Source of the DNA: Camelus dromedarius
Lineage: Eukaryota
Assembly (NCBI RefSeq): GCF_036321535.1
Contig: NC_087437.1
Location: 35,280,001-35,344,000, forward strand
DNA length: 64,000 bases
Reading direction: 5' to 3'
The notes beneath the pieces are model-generated. The model saw only the letters and a program-made list of their open reading frames with translations, made no database searches and had not been told where the DNA came from. Below, one piece after another: positions 52,119-63,329 of the stretch (its first letter is position 1; each line of letters opens with the position of its first letter). Made by a program: the position numbers and the translations under genes.

Positions 52119-53203
52119 AAAATATCAAGCATTAAAAATGAACAGAGTTATGAGCACATGGACATTTTTTGTACACCAACGGTGTTAATGAATTGGTTCA
52201 ATTTTATAGGTGGTCCTTTAAAACAATTAATAAAATATACCATTGTTTGTATCCAACAATATCAGCACTATAACCCCAGCTAAGACTTACTGAGGTCTTA
52301 CAGTGTTGTGAGGTCTACCAAGTACTGGACTGAGATATCTATACACTTAAGGTGCTTACTTTTGGAAGTTTATCCTTAGGAAATAAGTGGTTATATGCAT
52401 AAAATTTTTCACAGAAACTTTTTTAAATAAGAAGAGACCTGCATATCCACCAGGAGGGAACTACAATAACTTATGTATCCAAAGGAGTTCTATAACATGC
52501 ATCTGTGTTCTTGTCCATCATCTATTACTGAGTGAAAAAAAATTACAAGAAATCAAGTATAATATTATCACATGAAAAAAAATATTAAAAAGTTTGGAAA
52601 GATCAACCACTTAACTTTAAGTGTAGTTCCCTCACGGTCTTTAGATGACAGACTCCTGAATCTCTTACAGTGAATGTGTGTTTCCTTTAAAACAAAGATA
52701 AAGCAAGTTTAACTTAAATTGTAATCATTTGTTTTTTTATTGCTTCAGTTTACAGAAGGAAGCAGCAAAACATCATACACCTATAAAAGACATAAATAAG
52801 AGGGATTTGGCTTTAAAAAATGTCATCATCTTACAAGGAGACAAAGTTTTCGTGTGTTTCAATTAGAAAAGAATATAAGATAATATGGTATATTTCCTAA
52901 TGTGTATGGTCCAAAGGGAAATCGATGGAGGAGGTCAGGAGAGTGAGAATGAGTATTACTTTGAGTTATTTTGGAAAACTTCATGGAGGGAAAACATACT
53001 TAGTTTGAGTCTTAATGATGGCTAAGGTTGAAAAGTTGAGGTGAAAGGGAAATCATTCAAAAAAGTGCTATGTTATGGTGGCAATCGACATGATGTCATG
53101 GCTAAATTCAGCTAATTTCAGAAGGTATTATCAGGAGTCAGAGAGGGAAGGTATTCTCTCATTATCTGGAATGTGCTAGATGTTCTATCATTAGAGATAC
53201 ATA

Positions 53204-53422
53204 CAGCTGTCCCTCAGTATCTGCAGAGGTTTGGTTCCAGGACCTGCCTTGGATACCAAAATCCGTGGATGCTCAAGTCCCATAGTTGGTTCTCTGTATC
53301 TGTGGGATCTGCATCAGCCGAGTCAACAAACTTCAGTTCATGTAGTACTGTATTTACTGAAAAGAAATCTGCATATAAATGGACCCGTGCAGTTCAAAGC
53401 CATGTTGTTCAAGGGTCAACTG
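53204..53422. mobile_element. TcMar-Tigger MITE, MER2/MER8-type
   Basis: TA-CAGCTGTCCCTCAGTATC...GTTCAAGGGTCAACTG-TA: Tigger-type termini with TA duplication. Confidence 0.85.
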
Positions 53423-54704
53423 TAAATAAAAACATTTCCTTGAAAAAGAAGACTGTAAGACTGATTCTGATTTGTTAAGAAAATTCATGTTACAAAGATC
53501 TCTTTTCTTCTTTTTTTAGCCATTCTCTCAAAGAAAAGATCAGTTGAATACAATATGAGGTTTATATGAGGAAGAAAAAAACAATTATTGGGCTGTTTAG
53601 TTATTTAAACTAGCTTTTTCTTCTCTCCCTCCAGTGCATGTTCCAAGTGATCAAATTTAGAATTCTTTTCTATATTATGAACCTAGTATATTATCTCTTG
53701 AAGAATAAAAATGAATTTAATTATTTAGAGTAAATTTCTTTTCAATTCTTGGACTTGGGCAAACTTCTGGCACTCAAGTGGAAAGGATTTATGTTTCTTA
53801 TTGATTGCACAGAGAAACCACTTTTTATATTAAGCTGTATTATATAGGGTCCTGGATTCAACAAGAGAGTTTATTATTCGTTTAGTTTTAGACCTTTCAA
53901 CCATGAGTTGAAATCCTATCCGGGTCCCAAGAGGAGGATTTTCTTGTCTCCTTTAATGTCAATTTAAAGAAGCTGGAACACCTCCACCATGGACTTAAAA
54001 TTCCTAATAAATTTGTACTGTAACATTTATTAAAATGCAGTCAGTCAGAACATCTTTTTGGAGGATTTCTTTAAATAGTAAGATAAGTTTAAGTGGTATT
54101 CTGGTTGTAAACAAATTGTTCTCTAGGCTGGCCTTGTGTTTTAAACTAAATACATTCTGAATAATTCACTTCAGCCTCAGCTTTTCTCTACCTGTATCAG
54201 TCATATAGTAAACATTTGTATATTTCCTTAATACTTTTCCCGTTTAGGATCTAGTACTTGGCAGGGCTGATTAGAAAAATATATCTAAGTCCCATACTTA
54301 ATAGAAAAAAAACATGCCCCTATATATCAAGAAAGCTACTTCGACCTAAAACATTGAGCAGAACAATAAACAGCTTTGTTTTTTTTTAATCTCACTTTTA
54401 AAGATATTGCTACAATTATTTGAATATATAACTTTAGTTTTTTTCCTCTCCTAAAGGAAAAATGAAAATAGTACAAGCAAATGGTGAAATATTAAGTTGA
54501 ATGTGATTTTCCAATTCCAATCTGAAGTGTTCTCAAGTAAAATTAAATGATGCTGAGTGTAGTCCGAAGCTCCTATTGCACTGCAGTGCTAAATAATAAA
54601 AATGAAATATATTTTTATAACCCAGTAGTGCAACAGAGCTGCAGTTGGCTCGACCGCATACAAAGAAGCCTTGTTTTGGCTGCATTTTGCTGGGAATGCT
54701 TTCT

Positions 54705-54714
54705 CTATTTATAG
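54705..54714. promoter_or_regulatory. MEF2 consensus site
   Basis: CTATTTATAG is a perfect CTA(A/T)4TAG; GGAATG (TEAD-like) at 54693-54698. Confidence 0.3.
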
Positions 54715-55316
54715 GCTCTACAGTGTAGCCTTCTGGGGAGTGACTTCAGTGTAGCCATGCTTCTGTCAAAGGATCTGGGGGGAAAAAAGGATGGAAATCT
54801 CTGGTGTAGAACACACTAATCAGTATGAAATGACATGGCTGGATCATTGACTTCTAATTTTCTAGGTTTGTAAAATGTCAACTGCATGAATGTATTGGCA
54901 GGTTAAAAAAAGTTTCTGGGTAGAACAAATACATAAATTCAAAAGTGCTTTCTTTCATCTGTTTTATTCATCAATATCACATTTTTTAAATTGAGGTATA
55001 GTCAGTTTATAATGTGTCAATTTCTGATGTACAGCACAATGCTTCAGTCATACATGAATATACATACATTCATTTTCATATTCATTTTCACCGTAAGCTA
55101 CTACAAGATATTGATATAGTTCCCTGTGCTATACAGTATAAACTTGCTTATCTATTTTATATATATTAGTCAGATATATATATTTATATATATATCTGCA
55201 AATCTCAAACTCCCAGTTTATCCATTCCCACCCTCTTCCCCCCTGGTAACCATAAGTTTGTTTTCTATGTCTGTGAGTCTGTTTCTGTTTTGTAAATAAG
55301 TTCATTTGTCTTTTTT

Positions 55317-55680
55317 TTAGATTCCACATATAAGTGATATCACATGGTATTTTTCTTTCTCTTTCTGGCTTACTTCACTTAGAATGACATTCTCCAGGAA
55401 CATCCATGTTGCTGCAAATGGTGTTATGATTTTTGTGGCTGAATAGTATCCCATCATGTAAATATACCACATCTTCTTTGTTCAGTCATCTGTTGATGGA
55501 CATTTAGGCTGTTTCCATGTCTTGGCTATTGTAAACAGTGCTGCTATGAACACTGGGGTGCAGGTGTCATTTTGAAGTAGGGTTCCTTCTGGATATATGC
55601 CCAGGAGTGGGATTCCTGGGTCATACGGTAAGTCTATTCCTAGTCTTTTGAGGAATCTCCATACTGTTTTCCACAGTGGC
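55317..55680 (-). pseudogene. L1 ORF2 C-terminal remnant
   Basis: Translates PLWKTVWRFLKRLGIDLPYDPGIPLLGIYP...DTCTPVFIAALFTIAKTWKQPKCPSTDD*; no endonuclease or RT domain upstream. Confidence 0.9.
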
Positions 55681-55822
55681 TTTCCTTGCTTTCCTCTCCC
55701 ACTCTTAATGATTTAGATGTCTTCTTTTACAATTTTGTGTTTATTCTTTTTGTAACTCATGGCAGTTATCTCCTTTCCAGTTATGAGTTTCTCATTTTTG
55801 TAGCATCCTGCTTCTTTTCTAT

Positions 55823-56718
55823 TTAGAGTAGACCTGTCAATATTTCTTTTAGCATGGGTTTAGTGTTGCTAAACTCTTTTAGTTTTTACTTGTCTGTGAA
55901 GTTCCCTATCCCTCCCTCCATTCCAAAGGATAGCCTTGCCGGATAGAGTATCCCAGGCTGCATCCCCTCTTCATTCAGGACCTTGAATACATCTTGCCAC
56001 TCTCCTCTGGCCTGCAGTGTCTGTGCAGAGAAATCAGCTGAGAGCCCCATGGGGGTTCCCTTGTAACTCATTGTCTTTCTCCTGCTGCCTTCAGGACCAT
56101 CTCTTTATCCTTGAATCTGGCCATCTTGATTATGATATGTCTTGGTGTGGGTCTGCCTGGGCACCTCCTGTTTGGGATGCTCTGAGCCTCCTGCACCTGG
56201 ACATCTGACTTCCTTAGGTTTGGGAAGTTTTCAGTCATGATTTCCCCAAATATTCTCCCAATCCCCTCTGCTCTCTCCTCCCCCTCTGGAACCCCCACCA
56301 TGCGTAGACCAGCACGCTCTATACTATCCCATAGGTCCCCTATATTGCCCTCATTGTTTTTTATTTGTTTTTCTCTCAGCTGTTCTGATTGGGTGCTCTC
56401 CGCTGTCCCATCCTCCAAGTCACCCATTTGCTCTTCTGCATTTTCCAGACTGTTTTGTACAGCCTTCAGGTCAGCTCTCATCTCAGCAAACGAGTTTACT
56501 AATTCTACTTGGTTCTTCTTTATAGTTTCTATTTCATTTTTGACATATTTTATATCTCTAAACACTATTTCTTTTAGTTCCTTCAGTACTTTGATCACTC
56601 CTTTTTTGAAATCTTGATCTAGTAGGCCATCCATGTCTATTTCCTTGATCATGCTCTTAGGGGATTTCTCTTGATCTTCTAATTGGGAGTGGTTCCTCTG
56701 CTTCTCCACACTGCTCAT
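55823..56718 (-). pseudogene. L1 ORF1p (coiled coil, RRM, CTD), disabled
   Basis: ENFPNL, PRHIIIKM, LSADFS and LYPARLSF motifs; stop plus frameshift at ~56070, stop at 55886-55888, natural end ...KEILTGLL* at 55823. Confidence 0.95.
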
Positions 56719-57073
56719 ATCTCTCTGGCACTGTGGCTTAAGGAGTATCAGTTATCTAGTTCTCCTGGAGATGGTGTGCTCTTAATGATTTTATCAAGAG
56801 GTCTTTGTGTCTTGGCCCCATTTTGCGTACTCAGCTTGCTGTTTCCAGAGGCCCTCTGTTGGCGCCCTTGTCTGTGCTGCTCCCAGTGGCTGTTGGCTAG
56901 CAGACTGCACCCCCTCCCAACACTGGGTCAGGTGCTGAGCTCTTACCTGGTGGGTGGGCAGGTCACTCCCCCTCCTGATGCCGCAGTCAGATGTTGCACT
57001 TGGGCGAGGCAGGTGGGCGGATCGCACCCGCTCCCAGCACCGTGGTCAGGTGCTGCGTTCCTGCCAGGAAGGC

Positions 57074-57095
57074 GGGGGGGGGGGGGGGGGGGGGG
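57074..57095 (+). repeat. G22 homopolymer inside the L1 5'UTR
   Basis: Counted directly. Confidence 0.9.
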
Positions 57096-60000
57096 CTGCC
57101 CACCCTTTCTGGGCGCCAGTTGCTCTGCTGCTCTGTGCAGCTGCCCACTCCGCCTCTGGTTGGCGCTCCAAAGGCGGGCTCACAGAAGACTATGGAATGG
57201 CCCCACCCCTGTTCCATGCCAGTTCTCAGCTCCTTGTTTGTCTTGGCAGAGCAAGTTCTCTGAGGGACCAGGGCAGAAAGATCCTATCTGCCTTGGGTTG
57301 TAAACAAGTCTCAGTCCTGCCTAGGAGGTTGCGGAGCCCCCGGGTGCGGATTCAGGTCTCAGCCCCTCCCCCGCCCAGGTGCTGCACACAGGAGGAGATG
57401 GCGGCTGTGGCTGCACCCCGCCTCTCTTCTCACGAGAAGTGCCAGTAATGGTGGTGCAGGTCTGAGGAGACAAAGGCTATGGCACCACTCGCCCCAGGGC
57501 ACACTAGCCGTGCTGCTTTGCTTTTTTTGCAATTTATGGGGGACTGAGGTTGTTCTGCTCCATATTTCCTCCCAGCCATGGTGTACAGCCCCCTGCAGTC
57601 CCCTGGGGCTGTCTCAGTGCAGCCGCCCCAGTCCTCCGCCTGGCTCAGGCTGCCTGTCCCGGCCCCAGCTGCCAGCTCGTGTCTCGGGCTGCGTGTTGCG
57701 GGGACATTTTGTGCCTGTTTAACTCAGTTCTGTTGGTCAAGGAGTGCTCTGGGCAGATCTGAGCCTTGGAGCTCCCCCTCCGTCCTGCTGGCCTCTCTGT
57801 TGGAGAGGGGGTACCCAGTGAACGAGCGCCAGTCCTCCTTTGCTGCTCCCTCCCCGCGGGTTTGGTCCCACACTGTTTTGCTTTTTCTTCTTTCTTTTTT
57901 CCTTTTCTCCTACCAGATTTTTGGGGTATTTGTCTTTCGAAGACGGCGATGTTCTGTTGAAGTTCAGCAGGTGCTCTGGTTGGCTGAGTAGGTCCATAGA
58001 TACAAGTTTTGGTGTATTTGTGGGAGAGGGTGAGCTACAAGCGTCCTTCTACTCCACCATCTTGCTTCCTTTCCTCTTGTTCTTTTAATTGGGAGTGGTT
58101 CCTCTACTTCATTTTACTTATATCTCTCTGGCACTATGGATTATGGAGTATCAGTTATCTACTGTGGTTCTGAGTGGGTTTACGTATTTATTTATTTATT
58201 GAAAGTGGATGTGGAAATAAAACTAAAAAAATTTTTTAAAGAAGAAAAAAGATTTAAAAACTATAATTAATAACAGAACAAAATGAGAAATAAAAATCAA
58301 ATTGAAACAAATTTTAAAAATTAATAAAAATTTAAAAAAAATTTTAAAAGGGATTAAAAAATTATAAAATTTTTAAAAATTAAAAATTAAAATAAAAGTG
58401 GATGTGTTCCCGTGGAGACTGCATTCTTAATAATTTTGTTAAGAGGTCCTTTTAAGTATGGGTGGTTGCCAAATCTTCCTTCTGTGCCTTTTGTCTGTTA
58501 TCCCTTTGGTTGAGGGTGTGACCAGTGCGTGGCAGCCAGAGCCTGCCCTGGCTATTAAGTGGGGCCTCCTTTTTGTTCTGTGGTTGTTGCTGCTTCTGCC
58601 CTTGTCCCACTGCACGAAATCCCGCTCACTGGTTCCAGAGGCCCTCCCGTCGTGCCCTGGTCTGTGTTGCTCCCAGTGCTGGTAGGCTGGCTAGTCTGGC
58701 CCCTCCTGACGTCACATTCCGGCGCCGCGCTTGTGGTGAGTAGGTGGGCGGGTGCTGCTCCCCTCACCACACCCCCGCCCTGATGCGGAAGTTCTGGCGC
58801 CGCCATGGTACACAGTAGGCAGGCGGGTGGCGGCCCCTCCCAATGCAGCATCTACCCGCGGGGCTTGTGCAAGGTAGGTGGGTGTCTTGCTCACCCATTC
58901 AATGCTGCTCCGGCCCTGCGACGGTCCGAGCTCTGTTAGGCAGGCCTGTGGAAAACAGCCGCATCAGCCCTCCCCCCTGCTCTGTGCCAGAGCTCCACTC
59001 CTGCTTGTCTTAGAGGCACAAGTTCACAGACACCAGGGCAGAATGGTTCCCTCTGCCGGGGGCTGTAAACAAATCTCCGTCCCGCCTGTGAAGTTGCTGA
59101 GCCCCTAGGTAAGGATTCAGGTTTCGACCCCACCTCTGCCTGGGAGCCTCACACCAGAGAATATGGTGGCTGTGGCTGAGCCCAATCTCTCTCTCCTCCC
59201 AAATGCACCAGTAACAGTGCCTTAGGTCTATGGAGACAAAGGTCACGGCGCCCCTCCCCCCAGTGCATACCGGCAGTGTTGCTTTGCTTTTTTTTTGTAT
59301 TTCATCGGGGACACACGCTGTTCTGATCTGTGTACCCTCCTAGTATGCACAGCGTACTGCAGTCCCCCAAGGTTGCCTCTGTACAGTCAACCCGAGTCCT
59401 CTGCCCAGCTCAGGCAGCCTGTCCTGTCCCACCCCTGCTGGTTCACGTCTCAGGCTGGGGGTCGCAGGGACCCTTTGTGCCCCTTTAACTTAAGTTCTGT
59501 CAGTCAAGGGCTATTCTGTATGGATCTGAGCCTCAGAGGTTCCCCTTCCGTCCTGCTTACCTCTTTGTTGGAGAGGGGGAGACTCAGTGTATATGTGCCA
59601 TTCCTCCTTTGCCACTCCCTTCCCATGGTACCACTCCCGCACTATTTTCCTTTTTCTTCTTTCTTTTTTCCTTTTCTCCTACCAGATTTGTGGCGAATTT
59701 TATCTTTTGAAGAAGGCGATGTTCTGTCAAAGTTCAGCAGGTGTTCTGATTGGATGGGTGGGTCCGTGGATGTCAGTCACTCTTGGTGTATTTGTGGGAG
59801 AGGGTGAGCTAAGAGGGTCCTTCTACTCTGCCATCTTGAAAAGTCCCCACACATTTATTTCAGATAAAGTTTATGGTTAATGGCATCCCCAGTCTGCAAA
59901 CATTAGCCTGTCCACATTTTTCTTTTCTAATAATATAAGTTCTGATTTCTCTTTCCCACAGGGAAGAGTTTTCATTCACACTGTAACACCACCCCAGAGA

Positions 60001-60349
60001 AAAGACAAATATTTATGAGGTAGTGAGTGTCACAAGTTGTGAAGATGCAATGTCTTTTGTTTAGTTATTTAAAAAAACACAAACACTTTTTTGCTTATAG
60101 AGAGCAAACATAAATAGAACTTTTCATATGTAAAATACTAGAAAACAGTTGAGGCCTGGAGTGCTGTAATCTCCTGTAATTGAGGTCCTGTTCTGGGTTC
60201 TGTGTGCACATGCTTTGATTGGTGATTCCCACACTCTGGCGGGCAGATCTTGCCTTCCACCATCCCTACCTTCTTTCTCTTCCTCTGTCCTGTTTCTTTC
60301 TTTCTTTCCTCTTTCCTTTCTCTTCTTTTCAACTTTCTTCTCTTTTAAG

Positions 60350-60698
60350 ACTTTTTAAAAATTGTAGTCAGTTTACAATGTGTCAATTTCTGGTGTACAG
60401 CACAATACTTCAGTTACATAAGAACATACAACATTCATTCTCATATTTTTTTCACCATAGGCTACTACAAGATATTGAATATGGCTCCCTGTGCTCTACA
60501 GTATAAACTTGTAGTTTATCTATTATATATATATATTAGTATCTTCAGATCTTAAACTCCCAGTTTATCCCTTCCCACCCTCCCCCCTCAGTAACCATAA
60601 GTTTGTTTTCAATGCCTGTGAGTCTGTTTCTGTTTCGTAAATAAGTTCATTTGTCTTTTTTTATAGATTCCACAGATAAGTGATATCATGTGGTATTT
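60350..60698 (-). mobile_element. Short L1 3'UTR insertion
   Basis: gtcagtttacaatgtgtcaatttctggtgtacag...gattccacagataagtgatatcatgtggtattt. Confidence 0.9.
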
Positions 60699-61039
60699 TA
60701 GAGAAATTATTATAAAATTAGTTAATTTTGGAAAAATTAGAAAAATGGAAAAATGTAGCATAGAAATAACGTTCCTCAAAATCAACCATCGTTAACCTTT
60801 CCTATATTTTCCTTCAATTTTTAAAAACATTTTGTTTGATAAAGTTGACATAATATACATTCAGTTTTATATCTTTCACTTTTCTGCTTATGCCAAGTAC
60901 CTTAATAGTTTTATTAAAAACTTGTTGAAGTATTATTTAAATTTTATTTTTAGTGTGTTCATTAAAAGCTTAGAAAAGTCTGCATCATTTCAGCATTTAC
61001 TCTCATTTCTCTTATTTTAATCTTTTCCTCTCACCACTT

Positions 61040-62080
61040 CAATTTCTATCTTCTGAAAGTATACACAAGTCTCTCTCATCTTAGACGTATCATTTTGTAA
61101 TCCTATGTCCTGCTCTAATTTTACTTCCCTTTCTTCTTCTCTTGGGAGTCAACCTCTTATTCCCCTTTAAAACCATTCTATTGGTACTCCTGCTGCCTTT
61201 GGTCTATACAACTTGCTCTGGAAAATGGCACCACTGATGGCCATTTGTCAGTGAGTTTGTTCAACTCACTGGTTCCTTTGCTATCTTATCTGAGTCACAT
61301 TTTTTTTTCCTATTCCTCTGCCAACCCCTTAGCATACTGGTATGCCCCAGGGCCCTGTCCTTGCTCTTCTTTTCAATTTTCACACACTCATCCTCTGCAG
61401 TGATTACTGCCACAGCCCTTACATCCATCACTCTCGTGTACAAACTTCAGATCCAACTTTCTTTGTATGAACTCATCACTGAGATGCTCCTCAGACAATT
61501 CCAACTCTTCATGTCTAAATACTATTATTCCCTTTCTCTCTGCTTTATTTTCTCTTGGACTCCCTCTCTTACCCTCCTGGTTCCAGAGTCAGAATACTGG
61601 GAATCATCTTTGCTCCTTCATCCTGCCCATCTCATCCCCTCTGTTCAAGTCATAAAGTCCCGAAAGAGAACCCGCATCACGTCACCCATGTCTGCTCCTC
61701 CGGCCCTCCCTGAAGTCACTGGTTCAACTCAAGTCTGCAACGTTGTCAGTCCAAGTACTCCTGGCTGCCTCTGCTCTGTTCCTCCTTTTCACTATTGCTA
61801 GTGATCTTCAGTCTGTTTGCCAAGCACATACTTGAATTTCAAGATTTAAAGATCAACCCTATAAAACTTTTCCTGATCTTCATCTTTTTAATGTAAAGTT
61901 GAACACTCTTTCCTTTTCTAGGGCACTTACAATCATAATGTGTTTACATGTCTTTCCCTCCATGTTAGATTATAACACACTGTAAGGTAGGGATCATGTG
62001 TGTAAGAGCATGTCTTATTTGTCTTTGTATTTCTTGTGCCTGGAACATAGGAGATACGTAGTATGTGAGAAATGAATAAG
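61040..62080 (+). mobile_element. LINE-2 fragments
   Basis: ccccagggccctgtccttg...ccaactcttcatgtctaaa; terminal tgtaaggtagggatcatgt...gtgcctggaacatagg. Confidence 0.55.
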
Positions 62081-63329
62081 CAAATGGCTGTGGGCTTAAA
62101 ATATTTAATCTTTTCATTGATTTGGGTATTCGGAGTATTTTCACTTTACTGTTTATATATAATTCTGTAAACTGTATCATAAATCTTTATTTGAGTTTTG
62201 CATTCTTTCCAATAGATAGAAGTAATTCCTAGAAGTGGAATTACTGGGACAAAGAGTGTGAATATTTTGAAGATTCTTGCTATGCATTGCTCAAATATGT
62301 ATCAGAATATTTGATGTTCTTTACAATTTAATCCAAATTTTAGCAAATATTTGTTTTTAAACAATAGCATAGTGAAATCATAGATTTTTTTCCAATTTCC
62401 TGCTGGGGAGTTATTTTTGGGTTGGATGATACTCAGTTTCTATTTGCAAACTGCCCACAATATTCTGAAGTCAGTCATATTAAATTACCCTCTGTCTCCT
62501 CGTGCTATGGAAAGTATGAAAGAGAGCATTTAAAAAAAGCCAAGGAGGCAGTGTACAAAAGCTTGAGTTTTTTCCTTTCTTTTTCTTTTGTCACAGTCTA
62601 ATAAATTCCTAGTGGACTCTGATTATTAAGACACAGTGCAAGGCCTACCTTTTTAACCTTCCTTTCTGAATAGACTATTCAACTTAAACTGCTTTTTAAA
62701 AATTCAGTATGCACATCTGGGGAGTTTGCTACCCCTGTGCTTTACAGGAAGGTTGTGTGAATTAATACATTTATACGGCATTATGTGGATGCTCTGGGAT
62801 GAACGATTTGGTATAAAACATAACTCTAGTACTGTTATTTAAAAGCAAACTTCTTTGGGGAAAGAAAAAAGGCCTCCACAGTAACTTTTGATTAAAAGTT
62901 ATGTATTCCAGTACTTTTTTCCAAAGGCGATCTCCAAGGAGGCCTTGAAAATTGTACCCCTTGCCATCTGCTGATATGATGCAGCATAAAGGAGATATGA
63001 TATGGTCTAATTTTTTGTCCATCAGTTTTAAGCCAGTATGGTCTTGATTTGGTCTCAGCTCATCTTAGTGACACTGAGTTTATTGTTATGTTTTGAAATG
63101 TTTTCCTTATGTTTTGAATCATTTTTGATTGATTTTAATTGTTTAATTGGAACTGACTTCATGTGGCTAATTCCCTGGCAGACTTTTTTTTTTTTTTTTT
63201 AACAAAGCAGATCCCAGGTTATCTGGAATGCATGGGGTTTTGGTAGCTATGGTAACCACATCATAAACCTTGATGGATGGCAGGTGCTTTAAGCACTTCA
63301 ACTATTAGAACCTTATGGGCACTCGATGT

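Larger units (their letters stand above)
54985..59849 (-). mobile_element. Rearranged LINE-1: two tandem 5'UTRs, ORF1, ORF2 almost entirely deleted, 3'UTR
   Basis: YY1-type CAAGATGG starts at ~59838 and ~58064; ORF1 56718-55823; jump at 55681/55680 to ORF2 C-terminus; 3'UTR to ~54985; candidate TSD CACATTT (54978-54984, 59850-59856). Confidence 0.95.

Noticed and set aside
54574..54596. TATTGCAC and TAGTGCAA resemble miR-92 and miR-130/454 seeds
   Set aside because: The rest does not match those miRNAs, and the 40-nt loop is unlike a pre-miRNA.
55890..56718. APOBEC3 editing or CpG decay as the cause of ORF1 divergence
   Set aside because: Those give G>A or C>T. The dominant change is A>G on the sense strand; only the two premature stops fit C>T.
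56683..59880. Many overlapping ORFs on both strands
   Set aside because: Expected in GC-rich L1 5'UTR sequence; no coding signature.
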